Shown piece after piece: positions 26,059 to 34,967 of a stretch of 64,000 bases of DNA. Positions within the stretch are counted from its first letter, which is position 1; each line of letters starts with the position of its first letter. The notes under the pieces are model-generated. The model searched no databases. It saw only the letters and a list, made by a program, of their open reading frames with translations, and was not told where the DNA came from. Both the position numbers and the translations under genes were made by a program. Origin of the DNA: Bacteroidales bacterium UBA4788 (GTDB lineage: Bacteria; Bacteroidota; Bacteroidia; Bacteroidales; VadinHA17); contig DHGW01000002.1 of NCBI GenBank assembly GCA_002402965.1, positions 24,771 to 88,770 on the forward strand, written 5' to 3'.

Positions 26059-26931
26059 ATGGGAAAGAATGTAGCACTGGTACTGTCCAGCGGCGGGGCA
26101 AGGGGTTTTGCCCACATCGGCGCCATAAAGGTGCTTGAGAGTCAGGGTTATAACATCACCTCGGTGGCAGGCACCTCCATGGGAGCCCTCGTGGGAGGCA
26201 TCTATGCATCCGGGCGGCTTGGCGAATTTGAAGAGTGGGTCAGCGGCCTGGACGTGATGGAGGTCCTGAAACTCACTGACATAAGTATCAGCAGAAGGGG
26301 CCTGGTCAAGGGGACGAAGATTATCGATAAACTGAAGGAAATCGTCCCTGACAGCAGGATCGAGGATCTTCCCATACCCTATTGCGCCATTGCAACTGAT
26401 GTTATAAGAGGCAGGGAGAGGATCTTCACTTCTGGCAGCCTGTTCAACGCCATCAGGGCATCAATCTCCATTCCTACATTTTTCCAACCATATAAGCTGG
26501 GGGGCGATTACTTTGTTGACGGGGGGCTTGTCAATCCGATCCCCATTAACAGGGTGGAACGCCACGACGGCGATCTGCTTGCCGTTGTTGATGTAAATGC
26601 AGATATCCCCCATGTGATGATCGGGAAACAGGAGGAAGAGGAGACAAAAGGTGAAGGATATCTGAGGTGGATCAGAAAAATCAATGCTCATGCCGGCAAG
26701 CACATTCCTAAAAACAAGAAGGATGACATCGGCATATTCAACCTCAACAACCGCAGCATAAGCATAATGCTGACCCAGATCACCGCCCTCACACTTAGAA
26801 ATTACCATATAGATATTATGGTCCGCATATCAAGGGAATCCTACGGGACATATGATTTTTACAAGGCTGCGGAGATCATCAGGGAGGGAGAAAGAGCAAC
26901 CCTGGCAACTGCTGGTCTTCAGCAGGAGTGA
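26059..26931 (+). CDS. patatin-like phospholipase (RssA/YlbK-type)
   Basis: LVLSSGGARGFAHIGAIKVLE (oxyanion GGxR), GTSMGA (GxSxG) and DGGLVNPIP (catalytic Asp). Confidence 0.85.
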   Translation: MGKNVALVLSSGGARGFAHIGAIKVLESQGYNITSVAGTSMGALVGGIYASGRLGEFEEWVSGLDVMEVLKLTDISISRRGLVKGTKIIDKLKEIVPDSRIEDLPIPYCAIATDVIRGRERIFTSGSLFNAIRASISIPTFFQPYKLGGDYFVDGGLVNPIPINRVERHDGDLLAVVDVNADIPHVMIGKQEEEETKGEGYLRWIRKINAHAGKHIPKNKKDDIGIFNLNNRSISIMLTQITALTLRNYHIDIMVRISRESYGTYDFYKAAEIIREGERATLATAGLQQE

Positions 26932-26989
26932 AAGAACCTTCCGGTTTAATTTTTACGCTCACAAAGTGTAGATTTTCATGAAAAGAATG

Positions 26990-26997
26990 TACCTTTG
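26990..26997 (+). promoter_or_regulatory. Bacteroidota-type -7 promoter box (TAnnTTTG)
   Basis: TACCTTTG, 24 nt upstream of ATG 27021. Confidence 0.3.
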
Positions 26998-27020
26998 ATA
27001 TTGATCTAAAATAATTCCAG

Positions 27021-27920
27021 ATGAAACGATCCTATTTCATTTTATGCCTGGTTCTGTTGATTACTGCGCCAGGTCTTAACGGACAAAAACCGATCAAGGT
27101 TCTTGAAGACAGTGTCCAGTTCGGCAATTATCTCTATCCTGGGCTCAGCATTACCATCCCTGAGGCCGAATATGACAAGGTGCTCAAAAATTGGATTAAA
27201 GCCCAGGAGAGCGGTACTAAATCAAAGGTACAGACAGAAAACGGTGAGATGACAATCTTTGGTGCAATCATTAAAGAGATCTCTCCCACGCCGGTGAACA
27301 TCTACAGCCGGCTGATGAATGAGGACACTCTGACCAGACTTCTGGTCGCCATTGAGCTGAAGAAGGATCTGTATATAGAGGCTGCCTCCGGAGACATACA
27401 GCTGACCTCTGCGAAAAATTACCTGAAGGAATTCGCTAAGGATCAATATATTGACTTTATAAAGGAAGAGCTGTCGGCCGAGGAGAAGATTCTCCGTGAC
27501 CTGAACAAGGAGCTCGGCAGCCTCGAGAGCAGCAAGGCGCGTTCGAAGAAGACGGCAAAGAACAAGAGGAGTACCATAAATGACGAGCAGGAAAAGTTGC
27601 TTGTCAAGCATAACGAGCTCAGTCTTCTGTCCAATGAAATAATCAACAAGAACAATGAGCTGATGGCTATGCCAGTCGGCGCCGGAAGGGATGCCATGGC
27701 TACACAGGTACAGGAGCTTGAGAAGCGGCGCAAGAAGCTGCAGAGAGAGATCAGCAAGGGTGAGAACAAAATCGGCAAGGCAAGGTCGGCCATAGACCAG
27801 GCTGACAGGTCGATTCCCAGAAATGAGAATGAACAGGATGTCATGAAGTCAAAGATAGATGCCCAGCAGGCTGTGGTTCAGAGGTTCATTGACAAGCTGA
27901 ACACCGTCAAGCTTTATTGA
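27021..27920 (+). CDS. secreted hypothetical protein with long C-terminal coiled coil
   Basis: Signal peptide (LLITAPGLNGQ), a globular part of about 120 aa, then heptad-rich K/E/L sequence to the end. Confidence 0.55.
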   Translation: MKRSYFILCLVLLITAPGLNGQKPIKVLEDSVQFGNYLYPGLSITIPEAEYDKVLKNWIKAQESGTKSKVQTENGEMTIFGAIIKEISPTPVNIYSRLMNEDTLTRLLVAIELKKDLYIEAASGDIQLTSAKNYLKEFAKDQYIDFIKEELSAEEKILRDLNKELGSLESSKARSKKTAKNKRSTINDEQEKLLVKHNELSLLSNEIINKNNELMAMPVGAGRDAMATQVQELEKRRKKLQREISKGENKIGKARSAIDQADRSIPRNENEQDVMKSKIDAQQAVVQRFIDKLNTVKLY

Positions 27921-27967
27921 GCTGCGAATACGACAGAAATACTTTAAATCACAAAATCACAACAACA

Positions 27968-28306
27968 ATGGAAAACCAGGAACAGAAAGAAACCTATCAG
28001 CAGAAGATTCAGTCACAGCTGGATGAATGGAGGTCAGATATTGACAGACTGAAAGAAAAGGCAAAGACAGCTACTGCTGAAAAGAAGCTCAAGTACGAGG
28101 AGAGCATTAACAAGCTCGAACTTGAGATGGATGAGGGCAAGTCAAGGCTGAAAGACCTTAAGGAGTCAGGTGCTGAAGCATGGGATGCCGTCAAGGATGG
28201 CGCTGATTCGATATGGGATACGATGAAGTCCACATTCGCTGAGGTGAAGGCAAAGCTAAGGGATAAGGACGACGACGACGAGCCGGTAGAAGACAAGCAA
28301 GCCTGA
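27968..28306 (+). CDS. small acidic coiled-coil protein
   Basis: MENQEQKETYQQKIQSQLDEWRSDIDRLKEK ... KDDDDEPVEDKQA. The first ATG is at 27968 inside ORF 27917..28306 (TTG). Confidence 0.5.
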   Translation: MENQEQKETYQQKIQSQLDEWRSDIDRLKEKAKTATAEKKLKYEESINKLELEMDEGKSRLKDLKESGAEAWDAVKDGADSIWDTMKSTFAEVKAKLRDKDDDDEPVEDKQA

Positions 28307-28368
28307 GGGTCTGAAGGTCTGAGGGTCTTGAAGTCATGCAATCTGGAGGTCTTGCAGTCTTGCGATCT
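28306..28368 (+). repeat. array of about 8 degenerate tandem octamers (consensus ARGTCTTG)
   Basis: AGGGTCTG AAGGTCTG AGGGTCTTG AAGTCATG CAATCTGG AGGTCTTG CAGTCTTG CGATCT, starting at the last base of the upstream stop codon. Confidence 0.6.
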
Positions 28369-28446
28369 AAGTAACTAATTATTAATTCTTAATTCTTCAC
28401 TACTGCCTGTTGCCTCTTAAGGCTGAAGACTGCCGCCTGATAACAA

Positions 28447-28489
28447 CTGTCCGGGTAAACCCTCCTACTTTTGCCCGGGCAGATTTTTT
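28447..28489 (+). terminator. intrinsic-terminator-like hairpin closing the repeat-rich region
   Basis: CTGTCCGGG / CCCGGGCAG (9 bp, one G-U pair), an 18-nt loop, then ATTTTTT. It ends about 30 nt before ATG 28521. Confidence 0.5.
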
Positions 28490-28520
28490 AAATCAATATC
28501 GAACGAATAAACTGCCGAAA

Positions 28521-28931
28521 ATGAAAAAAGTAGTTACAATTGGGATTGTTATCATTCTCATCATTGCCGCAGCCATTTTCTGGTGGCGTCATTACTTCGT
28601 CTTTGGCGAAGGAGTAAAAGCAGGGGACCTCAATTACCTGGTCAAGAAAGGATACATCTTCAAGACCTGGGAAGGAAGGCTCATCCAGACCGGTTTCAAG
28701 ACACCTACCCCGGGTGCAATACAGAGCAATGAGTTTGAATTCAGCGTAACGGATGACAGCCTGGCCGTGATCCTTGAAAGAGCGAGCGGCAAGATCGTCG
28801 AGCTCCGCTACAAGGAGTACATTGCTCCTCTTCCCTGGAGAGGCATGAGCAAATACGTTGTGATTGAGATCCTGGAAATAAAGGATTCAGATGAGAACCG
28901 GGAGACCCTGATACCATACCAGGCGATATGA
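28521..28931 (+). CDS. hypothetical N-terminally membrane-anchored protein
   Basis: MKKVVTIGIVIILIIAAAIFWW anchor followed by a soluble domain of about 110 aa. ATG 28521 lies inside ORF 28410..28931. Confidence 0.55.
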   Translation: MKKVVTIGIVIILIIAAAIFWWRHYFVFGEGVKAGDLNYLVKKGYIFKTWEGRLIQTGFKTPTPGAIQSNEFEFSVTDDSLAVILERASGKIVELRYKEYIAPLPWRGMSKYVVIEILEIKDSDENRETLIPYQAI

Positions 28932-29713
28932 CAGGGATGAGGCGAAGAAGTGCAGGGATAAAGGCCGGGATTGCCGTGCTTGCAGTGTCAATGCTGCTTT
29001 TCACGGGTTGTGCTGAACTGATGAAGATACTTGATACAGCTTCAGCCGTGAAGGAGCTGACAGAAGGTGATATCATAGGCGGCCTGAAAGAGGCCCTGAC
29101 TGTGGGCGCCCGCAACGCTGCTGAAAAGTTGGCCTCGGAGAATGGTTACTATGGTGACCCATCGGTGAAGATCCCGCTTCCGGACGAGGCAAAGGTAATT
29201 ATTGACAATATCAGCAAGATCCCTGGAGGTCAGCAACTCATTGATAACGTGGTACTGAGCATTAACCGGGCAGCCGAAGACGCAGCCATGGAAGTGGCTC
29301 CGGTATTCGTGGGTGCAGTGACTCAGATGACAATCAATGACGGCTACAATATCCTCCATGGCTCTGATAACGCAGCCACTGCTTATCTCAGAACCACAAC
29401 CTGGAATGAGCTATATTCACTCTATAAGCCCAGAATAAGCACCTCTACCAATAAAGATATTGTTGCCGGTATCTCTGCGCAGGAGTCATGGACTACGCTG
29501 ACCGACAAATGGAACCAGGTAGCCAACAGCGTGGCCGGAAGACTGGCCGGATTCAAGCCGGTAAACACTGATCTTGATGATTTCCTTACCGGAAAAGCCC
29601 TGGATGGTGTCTTTATGAAACTGGAGGGCGAGGAGCTGAAGATCAGGAAAGAGGTATCAGCAAGAGTGACTCCCCTTCTGCAGAAGGTTTTCGGGACACT
29701 TGACCAGGAATAA
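28928..29713 (+). CDS. DUF4197-family lipoprotein
   Basis: Lipobox LLFTGC. LTEGDIIGGLKEALTVGARNAAEKLASENGYYGDPSVKIPLPDEAK resembles the DUF4197 signature. ATGA overlap with the upstream gene. Confidence 0.65.
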   Translation: MTGMRRRSAGIKAGIAVLAVSMLLFTGCAELMKILDTASAVKELTEGDIIGGLKEALTVGARNAAEKLASENGYYGDPSVKIPLPDEAKVIIDNISKIPGGQQLIDNVVLSINRAAEDAAMEVAPVFVGAVTQMTINDGYNILHGSDNAATAYLRTTTWNELYSLYKPRISTSTNKDIVAGISAQESWTTLTDKWNQVANSVAGRLAGFKPVNTDLDDFLTGKALDGVFMKLEGEELKIRKEVSARVTPLLQKVFGTLDQE

Positions 29714-29783
29714 TCTTTATGTCTACCCTGGCTGAACGGGATTAGGTAAAATCGGTCCGATTTTGTTATAATTGCAAAAACTT

Positions 29784-30701
29784 ATGAAAATGAGAAAGAC
29801 TATAATTTCTCTGATTGTATGTGTATTCCTGGCAGGAATTCAGCCGGTTGTTTACGGCCAGGCAGCCGACACAACTCTTGGTTGGCACAAAAGCGGTGTC
29901 TTATCCCTGAATATGTCTCAGGCATCATTTACCAACTGGGCTGCCGGCGGGCAGAACGCGGTGGCTATCAACGGGCTGATAAATATGGCTGGAAACTACA
30001 AGAATGAAAATTCGTCCTGGGATAATGCTCTGACAATAGGCTACGGAAAGATGCTTCAGAAGGGGAATGACCTTGGATGGGTAAAGACTGATGACCGTAT
30101 CGACTTCCAGTCGAAGTACGGACGAAAGGCTTCAGAAAAATGGTTCTATTCCGCACTGATAAGTTTCAGGACGCAGATGGACAACGGATACAACTACCCT
30201 GACACCGAAAACAAGATATCCGGTCTGCTTTCACCGGCATACCTGCTCTTCTCTGTAGGTATGGACTACAAACCGAATCCGCAGTTTTCAATGTTTCTCT
30301 CTCCCCTTACATCTAAGAACACAATCGTTATGGATGATTATCTGTCATCCATCGGCGCTTTCGGAGTTGACTCTGATAAGAAGTTCAGGTCGGAACTGGG
30401 TGCATATGCCAACCTGGCATACAGGAAGGATGAGATTTTGAAGAATGTGAATTTCCTGACAAAACTCGATCTCTTCTCCAATTACCTCAAGAACCCACAG
30501 AACATAGATATCAGCTGGGAGACACTTCTTGTCATGAAGGTCAACGAGTATATCTCGGCTACTGTGAACACGCACCTTCTTTACGATGATGACATCCTGA
30601 TCAAGATTGACGAAGACTTCGAGGGTGAGCCCGTTATGGGAAAGCGTGCCCAGTTCAAGGAGGTCATAGGCGTGGGGTTCACTTACAAGTTCATCGAATA
30701 G
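29784..30701 (+). CDS. DUF3078-family outer-membrane beta-barrel protein
   Basis: Signal peptide, WHKSGVLSLNMSQASFTNWAAGGQNAVAINGL, alternating beta-strand pattern and a C-terminal aromatic residue (YKFIE). Confidence 0.65.
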   Translation: MKMRKTIISLIVCVFLAGIQPVVYGQAADTTLGWHKSGVLSLNMSQASFTNWAAGGQNAVAINGLINMAGNYKNENSSWDNALTIGYGKMLQKGNDLGWVKTDDRIDFQSKYGRKASEKWFYSALISFRTQMDNGYNYPDTENKISGLLSPAYLLFSVGMDYKPNPQFSMFLSPLTSKNTIVMDDYLSSIGAFGVDSDKKFRSELGAYANLAYRKDEILKNVNFLTKLDLFSNYLKNPQNIDISWETLLVMKVNEYISATVNTHLLYDDDILIKIDEDFEGEPVMGKRAQFKEVIGVGFTYKFIE

Positions 30702-30749
30702 CAACTGAACAACCCGTTGGGTTAACCCAACAAATAATCTCTAGGCAGG

Positions 30750-31370
30750 ATGCTGAAGCTGATCAACCACCCCCTGATAACGCACAAGCTGTCGCTCATC
30801 AGGAGAAAAGAGACAGGAACGAGAGATTTCCGGCAGAATATCAATGAGATAGCCGGTCTAATGGCCTATGAGATAACACGTGATCTGCCTCTTCGTGAGG
30901 TGGTGATTGATACGCCTCTCTCTTCCTGCATCACCTCGGAACTGTCCGGGGAGATCATCCTGGTGCCGGTGCTGCGCGCCGGGCTTGGTATGGTTGACGG
31001 TATTACCAGCCTGATCACCACAGCGCGTGTGGGTCACATAGGCCTGGTGCGTGATCATGAGACACTGGTACCGACGGAGTATTATGCAAAGTTCCCCTCC
31101 GACATATCCGGTGCGGTGGTGATGGTGCTCGACCCGATGCTGGCAACCGGGGGCAGTGCCAGCGCAGCCATCGGAGCCGTGAAGAAGAGAGGTGCTGTAA
31201 CAATCAGGCTGGTATGCATCGTCGGTGCTCCCGAGGGTGTTACAAGGGTGGAAAAGGAACATCCCGATGTTGATATCTACCTGGCTGCACTTGACAGTCA
31301 CCTGAATGAGAACGGGTATATCGTGCCTGGTCTTGGAGATGCGGGTGACAGACTCTTCGGGACGGTTTAA
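30750..31370 (+). CDS. upp: uracil phosphoribosyltransferase
   Basis: [36 protein letters not shown], the PRPP loop [12 protein letters not shown] and [16 protein letters not shown]. Confidence 0.9.
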   Translation: MLKLINHPLITHKLSLIRRKETGTRDFRQNINEIAGLMAYEITRDLPLREVVIDTPLSSCITSELSGEIILVPVLRAGLGMVDGITSLITTARVGHIGLVRDHETLVPTEYYAKFPSDISGAVVMVLDPMLATGGSASAAIGAVKKRGAVTIRLVCIVGAPEGVTRVEKEHPDVDIYLAALDSHLNENGYIVPGLGDAGDRLFGTV

Positions 31371-31401
31371 CTCTGCGGAGATATTCCTGAAGTGATGAGA
31401 C

Positions 31402-31427
31402 AGGCCCCGCCGGGGGCCTCTTTTTTT
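31402..31427 (+). terminator. rho-independent terminator after upp
   Basis: AGGCCCC GCCG GGGGCCT stem-loop followed by CTTTTTTT. Confidence 0.75.
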
Positions 31428-31507
31428 CAACATTTTCTCATCGCGGTTCATCTGAAAGAAATAGCTTGCTATCTTCGCAGATCAACATTTACAAATAATC
31501 CAAGACT

Positions 31508-32782
31508 ATGGGACTTAAGCGCCGGCTTATCATCATGAACTTTCTCCAGTTCTTTATGTGGGGGGCATGGATGATGACACTGGGTCATTACGGATTCGTG
31601 GAAAAACAATGGAACGGCGCTCAGTTTGGCCTGGTCTTTTCAACCATGGGCTTCGCGTCACTTATTATGCCCACCTTGTTCGGGATTCTTGCCGATAAAT
31701 GGAAGGCAAATTACGTCTATGCGATACTTCACCTGCTGTTCGGGGCAACAATGTGCTTTCTGCCGCTGATTGAGGCACCACTGCCCTTCTTCTGGCTTCT
31801 GCTGCTTGCGATGTGCTTTTATATGCCGACAATCGGTCTGAATAACTCTGTCGGTTTCAGACTGCTGAAAAGCGAAGGTAAAGAGCCCACAAAGTACTTC
31901 CCGCCGATCAGGGTGTGGGGTACGGTAGGCTTTATCATAGCAATGTGGGTGACAAACTTCTTCACCAAACCATGGGGTCTGGGATACAGCATCAAGGTCT
32001 CCTTCATTATTGCAGCTGTTTCTGCATTCGGCCTCGCTCTCTATTCATTCTTCTTCTTGCCGGTTGTAAAAAAAGTGGAAAGCGATGTAACTGAAAAGAA
32101 GACCTGGGTTCAGAGCCTGGGGTTAGAAGCCTTCGTACTGTTCCGGCAAAAGAAAATGCTGTTGTTTTTTATCTTCAGCATGCTGCTGGGCGGCGCCCTT
32201 CAGCTGACCAATGCCTACGGCGACAGTTTTCTCCAGGATGCTACAGTTTTCCCGCAAGGAGGGATCATTAATAACTTTTCCACAATTATACTCTCAATAT
32301 CACAGATCTCCGAAACCCTGTTTATCCTTTCGATTCCTTTTTTCCTGAAGCGTTTCGGCATCAAGAAAGTGATGTTGCTCAGTATGATAGCATGGGTACT
32401 GCGTTTCGGTCTTTTCGGCCTGGCCGACAATACAGTCACAGGTTTTATACTGATTATCACCTCCTGTATTGTTTACGGAATGGCATTTGATTTCTTCAAT
32501 ATCTCGGGAGCCTTGTTTGTGGAACAGAACACTGACTCAAAGATCACTGCCTCGGCACAGGGTGTTTTTATGCTGATGACCAACGGGATAGGCGCTGTTC
32601 TTGGAAATCTCATTGCAGGGCAGGTAATCAAACAGTGGTTCGAAGACCCGGTAAGTCGCATCAAAGACTGGCCGGGCATCTGGATATCCTTTGCCGCATA
32701 TGCATTGGTGGTCGCCATTCTCTTCGCCATACTTTTCAGGCATAAGCATGTGCCGGTGGAAACTGCAAACATAAGTCACTGA
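31508..32782 (+). CDS. nupG: nucleoside:H+ symporter (NupG/XapB-type MFS)
   Basis: The N-terminus RLIIMNFLQFFMWGAWMMTLGHY closely parallels the E. coli NupG start (LSFLQFCLWGSWLTTLGSY). 12-TM layout. Confidence 0.8.
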   Translation: MGLKRRLIIMNFLQFFMWGAWMMTLGHYGFVEKQWNGAQFGLVFSTMGFASLIMPTLFGILADKWKANYVYAILHLLFGATMCFLPLIEAPLPFFWLLLLAMCFYMPTIGLNNSVGFRLLKSEGKEPTKYFPPIRVWGTVGFIIAMWVTNFFTKPWGLGYSIKVSFIIAAVSAFGLALYSFFFLPVVKKVESDVTEKKTWVQSLGLEAFVLFRQKKMLLFFIFSMLLGGALQLTNAYGDSFLQDATVFPQGGIINNFSTIILSISQISETLFILSIPFFLKRFGIKKVMLLSMIAWVLRFGLFGLADNTVTGFILIITSCIVYGMAFDFFNISGALFVEQNTDSKITASAQGVFMLMTNGIGAVLGNLIAGQVIKQWFEDPVSRIKDWPGIWISFAAYALVVAILFAILFRHKHVPVETANISH

Positions 32783-32910
32783 CATTTCGTGGCCGGATGG
32801 CTGACCACAGGTCTGCGACTGGACGGCAGAGGGTATTCGGCGAGAAGGCGGGCCAGGGTCCGCCCTGCCACGGGTCAGGATCTTTAGGATGACTGACCTG
32901 AAGAAAGCCG

Positions 32911-33783
32911 TTAACCCAGCAGGATCATGCTGAGACCAATCACTATCATACCGCTGATGAGGCCGTAGATGGCCACGTGATGCTTGCCATACTTGTGCGC
33001 AGCGGGAAGCAGCTCGTCGAATGAGATATAGACCATGATCCCGGCCACCATTGCAAAGACATAACCGAGACTCACATCGGTTTTGAAGAGGGTAAGAATA
33101 AAATACCCTGCAAAGGCTCCTATCGGCTCGGAAAATCCTGAAAGAACTGACCAGACCAATGCCTTTCTCCTTGATCCTGTAGCATAATAAACGGGTACGG
33201 AGACGGCGATTCCCTCGGGAATATTGTGTATTGCAACAGCCACGGCAATGCTTATCCCTACCGCCACGTCTGACATAGCTGACATGAAGGTGGCTATCCC
33301 TTCGGGGAAGTTGTGGATTCCAATTGCAACTGCAGTAAAGATGCCCAATCTCATAAGTTTCGCATCCCTGATACCTTGACGGCCACGGTTTTGCATCTTC
33401 CTGCCCTTGCATTCAGGCTTGTCAGGATCTCGCGTCTCAGGATGCATCTGCTCCACCCGTTTCAGCTCGTGAGGATTGCCTTCAGAAGGCAGAATCTTGT
33501 CTATCGCAGCAGACAGGCCGATGCCGGCAACGAACGAGATGAATGTGAGCCAGGCTGCAGTATCCTTATCATACGCCAGTTGCATCAATTGCCCGGCTTC
33601 CGTCAAAATCTCAGTGAAAGATATAAAGATCATCACGCCGGCGGAGAAGCCCAGCGAGAAAGCGAGAAAAGTTGTCTTGGTACGTTTGGCAAAGAAGGCT
33701 ATTAATCCTCCTATCCCGGTGGCAAGTCCTGCAAAGAGAGTGATGCCGAAGGCAAAAAGAAGCCGGGAACTATCCATCAACAA
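32911..33783 (-). CDS. zupT: ZIP-family zinc transporter
   Basis: HNFPEGIATF and HNIPEGIAV metal-site helices; 8-TM layout with a charged central loop. Confidence 0.85.
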   Translation of the reverse strand: MLMDSSRLLFAFGITLFAGLATGIGGLIAFFAKRTKTTFLAFSLGFSAGVMIFISFTEILTEAGQLMQLAYDKDTAAWLTFISFVAGIGLSAAIDKILPSEGNPHELKRVEQMHPETRDPDKPECKGRKMQNRGRQGIRDAKLMRLGIFTAVAIGIHNFPEGIATFMSAMSDVAVGISIAVAVAIHNIPEGIAVSVPVYYATGSRRKALVWSVLSGFSEPIGAFAGYFILTLFKTDVSLGYVFAMVAGIMVYISFDELLPAAHKYGKHHVAIYGLISGMIVIGLSMILLG

Positions 33784-33809
33784 TCGTTATTTAGATTCAT
33801 TTTAAATTG

Positions 33810-33817
33810 CAAATTTA
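33810..33817 (-). promoter_or_regulatory. -7 promoter box (TAnnTTTG) for zupT inside a near-palindromic AT-rich site
   Basis: The minus strand reads TAAATTTG, 27 nt upstream of ATG 33783. It is embedded in TAAATTGCAAATTTA (33803-33817). Confidence 0.3.
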
Positions 33818-33889
33818 TAAGAATAAAGGGAAAAACAACATGAGGGATATCCGGACTGACAAAAAAAAGTCCTTATTTAGAGATGACGT

Positions 33890-34477
33890 TTGAAGATGAA
33901 TCTCTGGGACTATTACAGGATACTCGGCATAAGGCAGGGTGCCTCCGATGATGAGATCAGGAGAGCCTACAGGAAGAAGGCTATGGAGTACCATCCTGAC
34001 CGCAATCATTCGCCTGAGGCCCAGGAGAATTTTATCCGTGTTACCGAAGCCTATGAATACCTGACTTCGCATCCTCACGGCAGGAACATCTCTGAGGAAG
34101 AGGTGAGGAAGAATTACCAGGCATGGGTTGATTACAGGCAGGCTGAAGCGCGTAAGAGGGCTGAGGCATATGCCAGGGCCTCATACGCGGAGTTCAGAAA
34201 AAGTCCGGTCTACAGGAGCACAACGCATATTGACGGCACGATGGTTGTTTTGGGTATCGTGCTCTCAGGAACGATTATGGTCATGACTGTTTACGGGTTC
34301 AGGTACAGGATGAGTACAGCCATGGGGCCGAAGGAAGAACCTTCATTTGCTCTTGCTGCAGTCACCTTCATTATAGGAGTTGCCTACGCGGTCATATCGG
34401 CTCTTTACCTCTCAGCCTGGCTGGCTCAGCAGAAAAATAAAAGAAATTTGTCAGGTGACACAAAGGAAAAAGATTAG
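33890..34477 (+). CDS. J-domain (DnaJ-like) protein with C-terminal membrane anchors
   Basis: [33 protein letters not shown] (HPD motif), followed by two hydrophobic helices. Confidence 0.75.
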   Translation: MKMNLWDYYRILGIRQGASDDEIRRAYRKKAMEYHPDRNHSPEAQENFIRVTEAYEYLTSHPHGRNISEEEVRKNYQAWVDYRQAEARKRAEAYARASYAEFRKSPVYRSTTHIDGTMVVLGIVLSGTIMVMTVYGFRYRMSTAMGPKEEPSFALAAVTFIIGVAYAVISALYLSAWLAQQKNKRNLSGDTKEKD

Positions 34478-34967
34478 GAATCCGTTTAATGCGGATGAAT
34501 ACATGTGTTTCGGATGTTCTCCGGGCAACCATGTTGGGCTGAAACTAATATTCGAGGAGGATGATGAGAAGCTCTATGCCTCATGGCAGCCGGACCCTCT
34601 TTTCCAGGGGTACATAAACGTTCTTCACGGCGGTATCATAGCCACGCTTCTCGACGAAGCCGGGGCCTGGTGCGTCTACGTGAAGGCAGGGACGTCCGGA
34701 GTCACCTCCTCAATGACTGTAAAGTATCTCAAACCGGTTCATATCAGCAAGGGGAAGGTATCGGTTGAAGCATGGATGGTATCCAGGGGTGAAAAGAACG
34801 CCCTGATCTCAGCCGCGCTGTATGACGGTGAGGGAAGGCTTTGTGCCGAGGCCGTACTGGATTACTTCATTTATCCTGAGAAGATTGCCCGGAGTCGCTA
34901 TTACTATCCAGGAATTGAGGCCTTCAGGTATCAATCCGAGCCGCCGGAACCACAGAATGGTCAGTGA
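34455..34967 (+). CDS. PaaI/hotdog-fold thioesterase
   Basis: [16 protein letters not shown] ... [15 protein letters not shown] is typical of PaaI-type thioesterases. There is no ATG upstream of the conserved NPF..CFGC block, so GTG 34455 ([16 protein letters not shown]) is proposed; the first ATG is at about 34501. Confidence 0.6.
   Translation: MTQRKKIRNPFNADEYMCFGCSPGNHVGLKLIFEEDDEKLYASWQPDPLFQGYINVLHGGIIATLLDEAGAWCVYVKAGTSGVTSSMTVKYLKPVHISKGKVSVEAWMVSRGEKNALISAALYDGEGRLCAEAVLDYFIYPEKIARSRYYYPGIEAFRYQSEPPEPQNGQ

Noticed and set aside
28306-28368. The tandem octamer array might be a CRISPR-like or minisatellite locus.
   Set aside because: The units are only 8-9 nt, directly abutting and degenerate, with no unique spacers and no cas genes in the window. 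It is reported as an unexplained short tandem repeat instead.
26059-28931. The patatin phospholipase plus neighbouring unknown proteins might form a phage-defence (CBASS-like) module.
   Set aside because: The patatin is the short RssA/YlbK housekeeping type. There is no cyclase, sensor NTPase or other defence hallmark nearby, and it appears to be the last gene of the amino-sugar operon.
32537-33412. 291-aa minus-strand ORF bridging the nupG 3-prime end and zupT.
   Set aside because: Its composition is Arg/Cys/Gly-rich with no motifs. It overlaps the strongly supported nupG in antisense and zupT in another frame.
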